A DNA stretch of 41,176 nucleotides from a virus (IMGVR_UViG_3300022930_000011:1-41176); one strand, 5' to 3'; positions 1 to 8,632 are shown, counted from the stretch's first letter. The notes: a model not told the origin generated them from the sequence alone. Program-made: numbers and translations.

Positions 1-138
1 TGCTGCTCTTAAAGCATCCCAATTAGAAGGGAAGTTTGTAGAACCAGCCATACCGCCAGCCACGAAAGCAGGGGCAACACTATTAACAAAAGTGAATATT
101 TCAGCCTGTTCCGCAATTCTGTGTTCGTAAGCCAATTC
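1..138. repeat. Terminal direct repeat, left copy (circular-assembly overlap)
   Basis: 1-138 matches 41040-41176 except that G127 is absent from the right copy. Confidence 0.97.
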
Positions 139-825
139 ATTTCTAATGATTGCCATTAAGTTAGGAATGTCATCTAAAGCCTCTTCCGATACTTTTGTTC
201 TTCCTGCAATTTTTTTAGCTTCTGAGTATCTCAATTTAAAGCTTATAGAAATAAGAGGTTTCAATGCCCCTTCAGCTGTAACAGCCATTGTCCCTTCAGT
301 TGGCAACTTGTCCATATATGGAAGAGAAGCCTTGTTTGTAGATCCGTTATCAAGATAGTTGATAATATACTCTTCGGGTCTTACATCTTCTGCGTATTCG
401 GTAACTTGCTGGTAAACAAAACTTACAGGAGTTGCTGTTTGATTTGTAATTGCGCCCGTAGTCATATTTACAGGAGCTTTTACCGTAATTTCGATAGAAA
501 AAGGTGTTTCATCCCCTGCTTCTCCTTTCAAAGACTTCAATTTTGGTAATGCCTCTGTCAATGATTTTTCAAGGATAGCCTCAAAGCTTTCTCCTAACCC
601 ATTTCCTCCGTTATTGTCTTTCAACAATGCGATATTCTCCTTGAGCTCTTTTAATTCAGTTTGAACATTTTTTAGTTCTTCTGAATTATCTTTTTCTTCC
701 AATTCCTTGATTTTAGCCTCCAAAGAATCAAATTCCTCTTTAGTGGAAGCCTTGTCTAACTCAGCCTTGAATCCGTCAATTTTTTGATTGATTTCTAAAG
801 CCATTTCTTCTGGTGTCTTTGCCAT
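1..825 (-). CDS. Major capsid protein (HK97 fold), 5' part; continues across the circular junction into 41039..40593 (~423 aa total)
   Basis: ATG at 825 overlaps the protease stop (TAATG). Open frame MAKTPEEMALEINQKIDGFK... with a coiled-coil delta-like N-terminus, then AEGALKP, KKIAGRTKVSEEALDD and ...NWDALRAA, joining in frame to IYAIKIQS at 41039. Missed by the ORF track. Confidence 0.93.
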   Translation of the reverse strand, partial: MAKTPEEMALEINQKIDGFKAELDKASTKEEFDSLEAKIKELEEKDNSEELKNVQTELKELKENIALLKDNNGGNGLGESFEAILEKSLTEALPKLKSLKGEAGDETPFSIEITVKAPVNMTTGAITNQTATPVSFVYQQVTEYAEDVRPEEYIINYLDNGSTNKASLPYMDKLPTEGTMAVTAEGALKPLISISFKLRYSEAKKIAGRTKVSEEALDDIPNLMAIIRNELAYEHRIAEQAEIFTFVNSVAPAFVAGGMAGSTNFPSNWDALRAA

Positions 826-1646
826 TAGTTTAGATTTAATTTATTATAAAATGTTTCAAAGTCCTTTTGAGTGTCTTCAGACGGCTCGTTTTTCTCTGAA
901 GTGTTGGTAACGGCTTCAGTATTATATATTACGGGAGTTGCGCTGTTTGAACCAAACAGGCACAAACTTCCTTCTTTTTCAATGCTTGCTTCCGTGACTG
1001 CCCAAAAATAACCTTCCTTTTGAGCCAATTCTTTGTTCGCTATTTGGTCAATATAATTGTCAAATATTGCCTTGTTTTTGGCTAAATCGGTGTTTTTCGT
1101 ATCAATAGCCAATTCCATATTAATATATCGCATTCTTACCGAGTTCTCAAAAGCTGTTTTTTCCTCAAACAATAACTTTATTTGAGGTATTTTTATTTTG
1201 TCTTTTGAAATCTCATAAATCAATGCCTGGGTTTCTCCTTCATAATCATAGCCTAAATCTTTCCAAGATATATTTTTTACGAATGCGTTAACATCATTTG
1301 GATAGGCAATAACGGTATCTATTGACAATTTGTGTTCCAAGACGTAAAATATTTTGTTTGCCTTGTCTTTCAAAGATTTGTTCCAGATGTTTGGGAAATG
1401 AACGTCTCCGTGACTATCCAAGAAGTTAGTCGTGTTAATCACGGGATAGACAAACCCTTCCTTTACAAAGTTTAAAGCCTTTACAGATTCAGGTTGCTTT
1501 TCAACAAACAGCAAGCTAACCGAATCACTTTCTTTTATTGCGGCTTTCTTCAGTTCGATAATCTTTGAAGCGTTCAATGATAGCTCAGCAAACATCTGTT
1601 CCTTGTCCTCAAATTCCTTATTTAGTTCCTTGCAAAATATTTTCAT
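825..1646 (-). CDS. Prohead (maturation) protease, HK97/S78-like
   Basis: Lies between portal and capsid; motifs NTTNFLDSHGDVH, W-KSL, LEH and EGSLCLFGSN-ATP. Confidence 0.8.
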   Translation of the reverse strand: MKIFCKELNKEFEDKEQMFAELSLNASKIIELKKAAIKESDSVSLLFVEKQPESVKALNFVKEGFVYPVINTTNFLDSHGDVHFPNIWNKSLKDKANKIFYVLEHKLSIDTVIAYPNDVNAFVKNISWKDLGYDYEGETQALIYEISKDKIKIPQIKLLFEEKTAFENSVRMRYINMELAIDTKNTDLAKNKAIFDNYIDQIANKELAQKEGYFWAVTEASIEKEGSLCLFGSNSATPVIYNTEAVTNTSEKNEPSEDTQKDFETFYNKLNLN

Positions 1647-1768
1647 TTCTTTACTGATTTGTCCTTTTCCAACAACTCTAATCTCTTTCTAATTGCCTCC
1701 TTGATTTGCGGATTGGTTTCCTTCTCCATTGTCGTTTTCAAGGCTGTTAATTCCTCCTGCTTGTTCAT
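1643..1768 (-). CDS. Small 41-aa charged helical protein overlapping the portal 3' end
   Basis: Manual translation MNKQEELTALKTTMEKETNPQIKEAIRKRLELLEKDKSVKK; its stop overlaps the protease start (ATGA). Confidence 0.6.
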   Translation of the reverse strand: MNKQEELTALKTTMEKETNPQIKEAIRKRLELLEKDKSVKK

Positions 1769-2981
1769 TTTGGATTGGGTTTAATTCCGAGAAATTAGTG
1801 TCAAGGAATTGGTTTATATCTTCAAGGCTAACCCCTGCTTTCTGTAAATTCAATAATGTGAAAGAATCTGCCCTTCTTGTTTCCGCCCTGTCTTTTGCGA
1901 AAACCTGCATAAAAGGCAAATGCTCCCAGTCTATAAATATGTCTTTTTGGTAACCGAAATAATCCTTAAGGCTCTCGCAAAGAATATTTCCTTTTGGCTG
2001 AAGGCAGTAACTTACCTGTGCCCCTCTTGCTTTTTCCTGATTCTCATAAGTTCCTGAGTTAAACGCCTCCAAAACATCTTTTGGGATTCCATACATCGAT
2101 CCTATCAAGAAATAATCAGCCAAATAACTTTCGTCCAATTTCAATGCCCCGATATCGGAAACGAATCTTTTTATGTCAATCATCGATTTTACGGCGTGAA
2201 CATTTTTCCTTCCGTTCATCTTGCTTTCAATATCATTCTTTTCAGTTTCCGACAAAGGCAATTCCGAAACATTATTTGGGTCAGCCTGTCCGGATACCAT
2301 AAACTTTTCTGAATACCTGATGTTTATGTTTTTTGCATCCAAAGATGCTTCTGAATTGCTTAAAATCTTTGTTAGCGCATCAATACGGCTGTTACCCTTG
2401 TACCAGTTCCCAGTCCCGTTAGTCAGGTCTGGAATGTGAATTATCCTTGACCATAGCAATGGTGTTGACGTTCCGTCATCATACTTGTAGGTTATTGCAA
2501 AATCCTTTTCGGCTTCTGAATTTGACAAAATTAGCTTGTCTGATCTTTTTTTCATATCATTTGGAAAATCCATCTTGCTATGCTCCAAAAGATACATCTT
2601 GTTCTTTTCTGATATAACCTTGCTGTCAATGTATATATAATCGTTTCCAAGCATATTCCAAAACATAAAATCCCAAAGGAACTGAGAACCCCTTTGATAT
2701 GGATTGGGTCTTTTTATCATTTCAATGAACGGATCATTTTCCACTTCCTTTCCGTCTTGGTAAACATAAATCTGTCCCAATGAAAACAAATCACATTGAA
2801 GACTTATTACTTTCAACAATGCAGGATTGCTTAATACTACCTGAAGTTTTTTTACATCATCCCCATAATTGTTAAACATCGGAGTTGCTCCGTGTAGGCT
2901 TACGGTATTTAGAGTATTGCTGTTTAACAGTAATTCGTCTAAAGTCAGCCAAGAACGTAGCTTATCTTTTATCCAACTCAT
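1689..2981 (-). CDS. Portal protein (HK97-type)
   Basis: 430 aa; PNPYQ...FL....LGNDY, YKG-SRI, YGIPKDVL, TYENQEKAR; upstream of protease and capsid. Confidence 0.92.
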   Translation of the reverse strand: MSWIKDKLRSWLTLDELLLNSNTLNTVSLHGATPMFNNYGDDVKKLQVVLSNPALLKVISLQCDLFSLGQIYVYQDGKEVENDPFIEMIKRPNPYQRGSQFLWDFMFWNMLGNDYIYIDSKVISEKNKMYLLEHSKMDFPNDMKKRSDKLILSNSEAEKDFAITYKYDDGTSTPLLWSRIIHIPDLTNGTGNWYKGNSRIDALTKILSNSEASLDAKNINIRYSEKFMVSGQADPNNVSELPLSETEKNDIESKMNGRKNVHAVKSMIDIKRFVSDIGALKLDESYLADYFLIGSMYGIPKDVLEAFNSGTYENQEKARGAQVSYCLQPKGNILCESLKDYFGYQKDIFIDWEHLPFMQVFAKDRAETRRADSFTLLNLQKAGVSLEDINQFLDTNFSELNPIQNEQAGGINSLENDNGEGNQSANQGGN

Positions 2982-2993
2982 TAATTAAAACGT

Positions 2994-3029
2994 AAAAAAT
3001 CCCTGCCTACAATCAAGTAAGAAGGGATT
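2994..3029 (-). terminator. Intrinsic terminator in the leader of the portal/structural operon
   Basis: AAUCCCUUCUUAC-UUGAUU-GUAGGCAGGGAUU followed by a U run. Confidence 0.7.
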
Positions 3030-3072
3030 AAGTTATAAGTCGAGGTTCTATACATCTTCATATAGGTTTAGG

Positions 3073-3104
3073 CAAATATAGTAATTTATTTCATTGTATG
3101 GCAA
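3073..3104 (-). promoter_or_regulatory. Bacteroidota sigma-A-type promoter upstream of portal
   Basis: -7 element TATATTTG (3073-3080); TTG 21 nt upstream. Confidence 0.7.
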
Positions 3105-3371
3105 TTATTTAATAAATTGTTGTTCTTTAAAATGCATAATATCTTTTGGGTTAACCCTGCTTATTGGATTTTTTACCTTGTAAACGATTTTGTTATTATA
3201 AGAACTTGTTTCAACAGACGCGATCAACTTACCTTCCTTATAATAATTATCTAAATGCATTTGGAATTCATTTATTTTAATTTCAAGGCTTAATCCAGAA
3301 ACATAGGCATCGAAAACTTCTTTTGTTACAGGTGTTAGTGTTTCCATACTTTTAATTTTTACATCCGACAA
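3105..3371 (-). CDS. Hypothetical protein (88 aa)
   Basis: ORF on the coding strand; start uncertain (may be the internal METLTP). Confidence 0.6.
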   Translation of the reverse strand: MSDVKIKSMETLTPVTKEVFDAYVSGLSLEIKINEFQMHLDNYYKEGKLIASVETSSYNNKIVYKVKNPISRVNPKDIMHFKEQQFIK

Positions 3372-3555
3372 AATAACCTCCTCCCGTATTCGAATTTTCC
3401 TCGCTTGGGGTTTTCGTTTCGCAATCTACTGGAAGATTAGGAACGGTGTAAAAGCCTCCTGTTTCAGTAACGAATTGAGCATTGCAATTGCATTCCTCTT
3501 CTTTGCTGCAAGATACCGTTAATGCTAACGCAGCGATAAATAATAGTTTTTTCAT
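3352..3555 (-). CDS. Small lipoprotein, probably surface-exposed
   Basis: Signal peptide MKKLLFIAALALTVS-C followed by SKEEE, resembling the Bacteroidota lipoprotein export signal; four further Cys. Confidence 0.8.
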   Translation of the reverse strand: MKKLLFIAALALTVSCSKEEECNCNAQFVTETGGFYTVPNLPVDCETKTPSEENSNTGGGYFVGCKN

Positions 3556-3562
3556 AATTATA

Positions 3563-4852
3563 TTAATTTCTGTTATAGTGTTTTTCTGCGTGCCTTCTTC
3601 CGTACCTAATGGGGTCTAACACATCATCGTATGCTTTTATCACTTCATCGTCAACCACCCCAAGCCTGTCATTGGCATAAGAATAATTTTTAAATTCCAA
3701 GTCAATACCTTCAGATTCCACTGTGTAAATAACTTCAGTTGAATGCAAAAGCGTTATTCCGGCCATAACAGATCCTTTCGGTTTGTCTATACCATAAGCG
3801 TATTCCCAACCGTGATTTCGAGCCAATATAATATTATCGGGGTTTGCAGAATCACAAACTAGATAGGCGTCTTTTGGGATTCCTAACTTTGTAAAAGTAT
3901 GAATTATGATACCTCCGTTGTCTTTGATAAATTCTCGTTCCTTTATAGTTATGCTGGATATCAATTCGTTTTCAGAAAGATAGTTTCTTTCGTGGCAATA
4001 AAGTATGTTTTTATAACTGTCGTACTTCATTTCAACAATACCGAACTTATGGTTTTTACCCCAATCTATGCCAAAAAAAGACTTTATAGGTATCTGAATA
4101 AATTCAGAATAAGTGTTTCTTTTCCAGTCGTCATAAACACGCCCCTCAACCGCCTCAGTCCACCCCCCCATAACTACCTGATCATATTTTTTTGGGTCTT
4201 CTTCTTCAAGTTGCGTGTAGTATTCAATTATATTTTTCGCCAGGTATTCTTTGGGAACATCTTTATAAGATGTATGTATGTACATCACATTTTTGTGAAT
4301 CATATTGGATCCCGCATCTACATTTCTGCCTGTAAAGAAATGCCTATAAATCCAATGATGTACGGAGGCGGGATTTAAAATCAATATCGTTAAATTACGC
4401 TTGTCCTTTGACCTTATAGAAAGAAAGACTTTCTCGTAAGTTTCATAATCAGGCAACTCTTCTGCCTCGTCAACGACAAAACAATTAAAACCAAACAATG
4501 ACTTTAAGTTTGCCGTTTGCTGTTTCGATCCTGTCTTAATACCCTTGAAAGCAATTCTGTTATCTCCTTTTTCAATATGAGTGTTTGTAGATGTCAGATA
4601 ATTTTCTAAGCCTAACAACTCTATTTTGCTGTCTACCTCTGGCTTTATAGAATCCACTATTGAAACATTCGTAAACCTTGTATAAAGAACGTTCCATAAG
4701 TGGTAAGCCAAAGCCATTAAGGAAAAAACGGCTATTGCGAAAGATTTAGCAGAACCTCTTCCTCCTGTCAATATTACCGTGTCCACTTCAGGAAATTCGC
4801 CTTCAAGTAGCCTGAAAAGTAATCTATATTTTTTACTGAATTTAATCTTCAT
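3563..4852 (-). CDS. terL: Terminase large subunit (PBSX/Terminase_3 type)
   Basis: Walker A GGRGSAKS, Walker B VVDEAEE, LNP motif, nuclease GIDWG, CDSANP, DDVLDPIRY. ATG at 4852 preferred over TTG at 4867. Confidence 0.95.
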   Translation of the reverse strand: MKIKFSKKYRLLFRLLEGEFPEVDTVILTGGRGSAKSFAIAVFSLMALAYHLWNVLYTRFTNVSIVDSIKPEVDSKIELLGLENYLTSTNTHIEKGDNRIAFKGIKTGSKQQTANLKSLFGFNCFVVDEAEELPDYETYEKVFLSIRSKDKRNLTILILNPASVHHWIYRHFFTGRNVDAGSNMIHKNVMYIHTSYKDVPKEYLAKNIIEYYTQLEEEDPKKYDQVVMGGWTEAVEGRVYDDWKRNTYSEFIQIPIKSFFGIDWGKNHKFGIVEMKYDSYKNILYCHERNYLSENELISSITIKEREFIKDNGGIIIHTFTKLGIPKDAYLVCDSANPDNIILARNHGWEYAYGIDKPKGSVMAGITLLHSTEVIYTVESEGIDLEFKNYSYANDRLGVVDDEVIKAYDDVLDPIRYGRRHAEKHYNRN

Positions 4853-5261
4853 CGTCTGGATTGACAAACATTATTTTAGGTGGTTGGCTCAATGTTATAC
4901 TTGTTTCGCTTTTAACGGTATCGTGCCAACCAAAGTTTTTAAGAACAAATATGTTACCTGTGCATTTGTCCCCAAAAGCGGTTGCCTCTTCGTGGAATTG
5001 CTCTATTTTTGTGAGTGCTTTTTTAATTGAGTTCGAAAACACTTCTTTTTTTGCATATTCATACAACGTAGATTTTGCTGAAAATCCAATAAACAACGTA
5101 AGTCCTGTGACTGTTGGTGGTTTTGTTTGAGGTAATTCTTCGAAATATTTTTCACATAAAACCGCCAACCTTTCTATATCTTCTTTTTTTGATTCTGAAA
5201 ATATAGGAGGTCTTCCCCCATCATTACCTAATGCATAATCGTTTCCTACTGGTGCTCCCAT
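4842..5261 (-). CDS. terS: Terminase small subunit (P22 gp3-like DNA-packaging protein)
   Basis: MGAPVGN-YA-GN-GGRPP N-terminus, PPTVTGL...STLYEY, IFVLKNFGW; directly upstream of terL. Confidence 0.88.
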   Translation of the reverse strand: MGAPVGNDYALGNDGGRPPIFSESKKEDIERLAVLCEKYFEELPQTKPPTVTGLTLFIGFSAKSTLYEYAKKEVFSNSIKKALTKIEQFHEEATAFGDKCTGNIFVLKNFGWHDTVKSETSITLSQPPKIMFVNPDDED

Positions 5262-5266
5262 AACTC

Positions 5267-5297
5267 CAAAATTATTAAATTAAACCGACAAATCAAA
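5267..5297 (-). promoter_or_regulatory. Promoter for terS-terL (probably a leaderless transcript)
   Basis: TTTG (5294-5297), 19-nt spacer, TAATTTTG (5267-5274), ending 5 nt before the terS ATG. Confidence 0.7.
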
Positions 5298-5299
5298 AT

Positions 5300-5413
5300 T
5301 TATATTTTGCTATTGCGTTGTCTTAATTTTACGAGGTCTTCTTTCGGGGAAAAGAAATCTATTTTATCTTCCTGCTCCAGCACATAAGATGTAAGAGGTA
5401 TTAAGTTTTTCAT
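5300..5413 (-). CDS. Small hypothetical protein (37 aa), possibly a truncated remnant
   Basis: Manual translation MKNLIPLTSYVLEQEDKIDFFSPKEDLVKLRQRNSKI; ATGA overlap with the upstream gene. Confidence 0.4.
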   Translation of the reverse strand: MKNLIPLTSYVLEQEDKIDFFSPKEDLVKLRQRNSKI

Positions 5414-5613
5414 AGCTTTTCAATGTAATTGATCATCAATCTGTTGCAAGTTATTCCGTGCCCTAGGCAATCAGATGAATAACTTGACCAAGAGCTTTCG
5501 AATCCGCTCAGTTCTGCCTTTAAATAAGCGAGTGTTTTTTCTATTGTACCATATTTAGATAGTAATTCTTCTACTCTTTCTTTTACTTTGTAATTTTTCT
5601 CTTGTGGTGTCAT
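5410..5613 (-). CDS. Hypothetical protein (67 aa)
   Basis: ORF track; tightly packed on the coding strand. Confidence 0.7.
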   Translation of the reverse strand: MTPQEKNYKVKERVEELLSKYGTIEKTLAYLKAELSGFESSWSSYSSDCLGHGITCNRLMINYIEKL

Positions 5614-5641
5614 AATCCCAATGTTTAATTTGTTTTACTGT

Positions 5642-5797
5642 TTAATTTAGCTCTTCTTTACCGCATCTTTTACATTCAAATAAATCTGTGCAATTTTTTT
5701 TAGATATTCTTTTTACGAATTTCCAAATATGGCCTTTTGAAGCACATTTATTAATTTTCTTTTCCGTAGGTAAACTGAATACTTTTTGAATGTTCAT
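5642..5797 (-). CDS. Small zinc-finger-like protein (51 aa, DUF1660-like)
   Basis: Manual translation contains C-ASK-GH-IW...CKRCG. Confidence 0.6.
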   Translation of the reverse strand: MNIQKVFSLPTEKKINKCASKGHIWKFVKRISKKNCTDLFECKRCGKEELN

Positions 5798-5798
5798 C

Positions 5799-6299
5799 TT
5801 ATTTACTGTTTAGTGTTGATTTGTCTATTGCTAAATTTCGCCCCAAAAGTCCGTATAAATCGAAATGTAGCTCGTGCAGTAATTCAAATAGTTTTAACTG
5901 TTTACTTATTCCGACTGAACGACTCCCTTCTAAACGCCAAAAGTCACCTAATTGGTTAAATCCAAACGTTTTATTTGCAATCCCAATAATTTCTACTAAA
6001 CATAGATTTTCACTTACTTCAAAAGTATAATCTTTATGGTCAGTATAATTAATTTTTGCTAATTCCACAATTGGAATTATCTCAACTTCATTATGAACTA
6101 TTGTTTTGGTTAGCATTTCTAAAGGAAGCAAAAGAGGTTTACAGATTTCTATTTTAGCAACATCAAACCCATTTTTATCTTGAATAGACCCTCTAAAACT
6201 AATTCCTGCCATTTCAAAAATTGTCCCTGTAATATTGGATTTTATTTCTAAACCATAAGGCAAGTATCCAGCTATTTCTTTAAGTGTAAGTTTTTCCAT
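5799..6299 (-). CDS. Hypothetical phage protein (166 aa)
   Basis: YLPYGL...KPLLLPL...LHFDLYGL...LAID pattern, which I recall from Bacteroidota phage proteins. Confidence 0.8.
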   Translation of the reverse strand: MEKLTLKEIAGYLPYGLEIKSNITGTIFEMAGISFRGSIQDKNGFDVAKIEICKPLLLPLEMLTKTIVHNEVEIIPIVELAKINYTDHKDYTFEVSENLCLVEIIGIANKTFGFNQLGDFWRLEGSRSVGISKQLKLFELLHELHFDLYGLLGRNLAIDKSTLNSK

Positions 6300-6706
6300 T
6301 AGTAAATTGGTTTTTTTGGTTTAATAGTTGGTTGGTAATGAGAGTGATTATCGTGTGTAAGTTTTTCTAAATTTATGATTGAAATAAATCCGTCAATTCT
6401 CATTGCCCAAACGTGACCGAGTGAAATATCTCTTGTTTCTTTGTGAGTTATTTTAGGCAGATCCTCTTCTGAATTTATAGAAATCCAATTAAAATTGTGT
6501 TCGATTCCCGCAAGTGATTTTGGTCGTAGGAAATAATAACCAATCCATTCTTTTTCTTCAAAATCAACATTAGTATTTAGTTCAATATATTCGGTGTTTC
6601 CTTTGTTTCCGAATCTTACATAACCATCTGAATTAATCGATTCCTTATATTTTTCATAAAGTGAACCATAAGCCACTTCAATAGCTTTTTGTTTTGCGTT
6701 TTCCAT
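6299..6706 (-). CDS. Hypothetical phage protein (135 aa)
   Basis: RPKSL-GIE...WISINSEEDLP...HYQP..KPKKPIY pattern; coupled to the next gene. Confidence 0.8.
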   Translation of the reverse strand: MENAKQKAIEVAYGSLYEKYKESINSDGYVRFGNKGNTEYIELNTNVDFEEKEWIGYYFLRPKSLAGIEHNFNWISINSEEDLPKITHKETRDISLGHVWAMRIDGFISIINLEKLTHDNHSHYQPTIKPKKPIY

Positions 6707-6753
6707 TTTCTTGCTAATTATTAATGTTTTGTGAAGGAAATTGATGTCCCTCT

Positions 6754-6960
6754 CTAATCGTTATTGTTGAATGTTTCGGAGTAGTATTTTTGGCATTCAT
6801 TTGGATTATAGCCTGATTTGTTCCAAAGTTGACCTTTCATATGAGCATCAATAATCTGCTGTTTTTCTTTTTCTAAAAAAGGGTTTATAAAATCATCAAC
6901 ACCCTCAAATCCGATTTCATTTAATCTTTGTTTTAACTCCTGCATTGCTGATTCTTTCAT
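6754..6960 (-). CDS. Hypothetical phage protein (68 aa)
   Basis: LEKEKQQIIDA...YY-ETF pattern. Confidence 0.75.
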   Translation of the reverse strand: MKESAMQELKQRLNEIGFEGVDDFINPFLEKEKQQIIDAHMKGQLWNKSGYNPNECQKYYSETFNNND

Positions 6961-7412
6961 AATTTCTCCAATATAATTAGTTTTCCTTTTATTTTTTTAT
7001 CTTCTTGTTTTTGCCATTCCCCCGAAATAATGTGTCTTTTTAGTGCTTCAGAATAATCACATAATTTATTTTCAAAGTAAATTCCTTTAGACTGTAATAG
7101 GCTTCGGAATTTAAAATCATTACACCCGCTATTTATGGAAATTAAAAAAGCTTTAGTATCTTTTAATGGAACTACATAGTCTTTAACAATTTCATAACAG
7201 CAAAAATTAATTTCATCTTTGGTTACTTCTCCGAGTATTTTATTTGCATAAAAATTTAGCTGTAATGTTCTTGAAATGTTATTTGAATTATAATCTATAA
7301 AACTTCCGAACTCGTTAAGATATATTTCAGTTGCATCACTCGGCACTTCCACGCAATACAATTTTTCTTTTAGCTGTATCATTAGTTTGATAGTGTTATT
7401 GGTTCGGTGCAT
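6957..7412 (-). CDS. Hypothetical protein (151 aa; true start may be MIQLKEK)
   Basis: ORF track; ATGA overlap with the next gene. Confidence 0.7.
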   Translation of the reverse strand: MHRTNNTIKLMIQLKEKLYCVEVPSDATEIYLNEFGSFIDYNSNNISRTLQLNFYANKILGEVTKDEINFCCYEIVKDYVVPLKDTKAFLISINSGCNDFKFRSLLQSKGIYFENKLCDYSEALKRHIISGEWQKQEDKKIKGKLIILEKL

Positions 7413-8368
7413 AGTTTGAAATATTCTTTATCTAAAATATAAATTGTATTGTCTAATATTGTTTTTCCTTCACAAAATATACTTCTTGCTTCAAAACAAT
7501 GCACGCTCACTTCTTTTGTTATTGAAAACACATTCCCTTTTTCATTTTCAACCAACTGGCCTGGATTGCTCCAGTCTATTTCTTTTAAGTGGTCAGATTC
7601 GACTACTTTAGATTGCGATTGGCTACCCTCAGAATTACTTAGGTCAGGTTTATTAACGGTGTCGGATTCGACAGGTTTTATTTTTTTGCTTCCGAAACGA
7701 TGTCTAAACTCATACATTGATATTTCTTCTTGATTTTTATCATAATAATAAAAACCAAATTTACCATCGTGTCTTGAACCATTGTATCCAAAATATAATC
7801 CATAAGCATAGGTTGCTATATCTGATATTTCTTCTCCATAAGACTTAGCTATAAAAATGCATTCATTAGCTTTTTCCTGTGATGTTACTTTTACCTGAAT
7901 ATTTCTTATCGATGAGCTGGTATCGGTATTGCCGATATCGGTTTTTTTTAAAGTTATTGCATATTTATCTTTGAGTTGGTCAAGGCAAAAATCTTCAATA
8001 CTTTCAAATGTTACGCTTGGTCTATATTCAATTTTAGCAGATTTACCGACTTCTTCAGGGGTGTCGTATTTCACTACATCCTCTTTCAATACCCATTTCT
8101 TGAATTGATAGAAAGTTATTTCGGTGCATTCATTATCGAAAAAAGCTGTCCAATTTCTATTATAATAAATATATCCAAAATCAATTAATAAACCATAAAA
8201 ACTTGAATCCTTTTCTATCCAAACATTAATTGATTCTATGTTTTCTTTATTTAGTTCTATGCACCACTTTTCAGGAAGTTCAGTCAATTCAACAACCACT
8301 TCCGTATTGTCAGAAATATACTTTTCTATCCTTTCTACTCGCTTGAGTAATTTTTTATACTTTCCCAT
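7382..8368 (-). CDS. Mosaic hypothetical protein (328 aa) with repeated small domains
   Basis: Two segments ending EITFYQFK and EISMYEFR, separated by linkers that contain palindromic DNA. Confidence 0.75.
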   Translation of the reverse strand: MGKYKKLLKRVERIEKYISDNTEVVVELTELPEKWCIELNKENIESINVWIEKDSSFYGLLIDFGYIYYNRNWTAFFDNECTEITFYQFKKWVLKEDVVKYDTPEEVGKSAKIEYRPSVTFESIEDFCLDQLKDKYAITLKKTDIGNTDTSSSIRNIQVKVTSQEKANECIFIAKSYGEEISDIATYAYGLYFGYNGSRHDGKFGFYYYDKNQEEISMYEFRHRFGSKKIKPVESDTVNKPDLSNSEGSQSQSKVVESDHLKEIDWSNPGQLVENEKGNVFSITKEVSVHCFEARSIFCEGKTILDNTIYILDKEYFKLCTEPITLSN

Positions 8369-8370
8369 AA

Positions 8371-8622
8371 CTATTTATTTTTTAAGGATTCGTTTTCAAT
8401 ATTCTCAAAAGCCTCGTTAGTAGCCATTTTGCTTAACGGGACATCTGGATTTATTCCGTTCGAATTGCACAAATGCACGTAGTTATCAAGCGATATGGAT
8501 CTCCTGCCATTTTTCCAATCGGACACCTGCTCTGCGGTAAAACCAGAATTAATTGCTATTTGCCTTTGCGTGAACCCAGTTAGCTTTATGAATTCTATAA
8601 TTGCTTTTTGGTAGTTATTCAT
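8371..8622 (-). CDS. XRE-family helix-turn-helix transcription regulator
   Basis: FTQRQIAINSGFTAEQVSDWKNGRRSIS; ATG at 8622 preferred over TTG at 8658. Confidence 0.85.
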   Translation of the reverse strand: MNNYQKAIIEFIKLTGFTQRQIAINSGFTAEQVSDWKNGRRSISLDNYVHLCNSNGINPDVPLSKMATNEAFENIENESLKNK

Positions 8623-8632
8623 TTTGTTTTTT

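Noticed and set aside
7655-7680. GGATTCGAC resembling a tmRNA 5' end or tRNA T-loop
   Set aside because: No acceptor stem, cloverleaf or tag reading frame; better explained as a palindrome within a CDS. No tRNA gene was recognised in the window.
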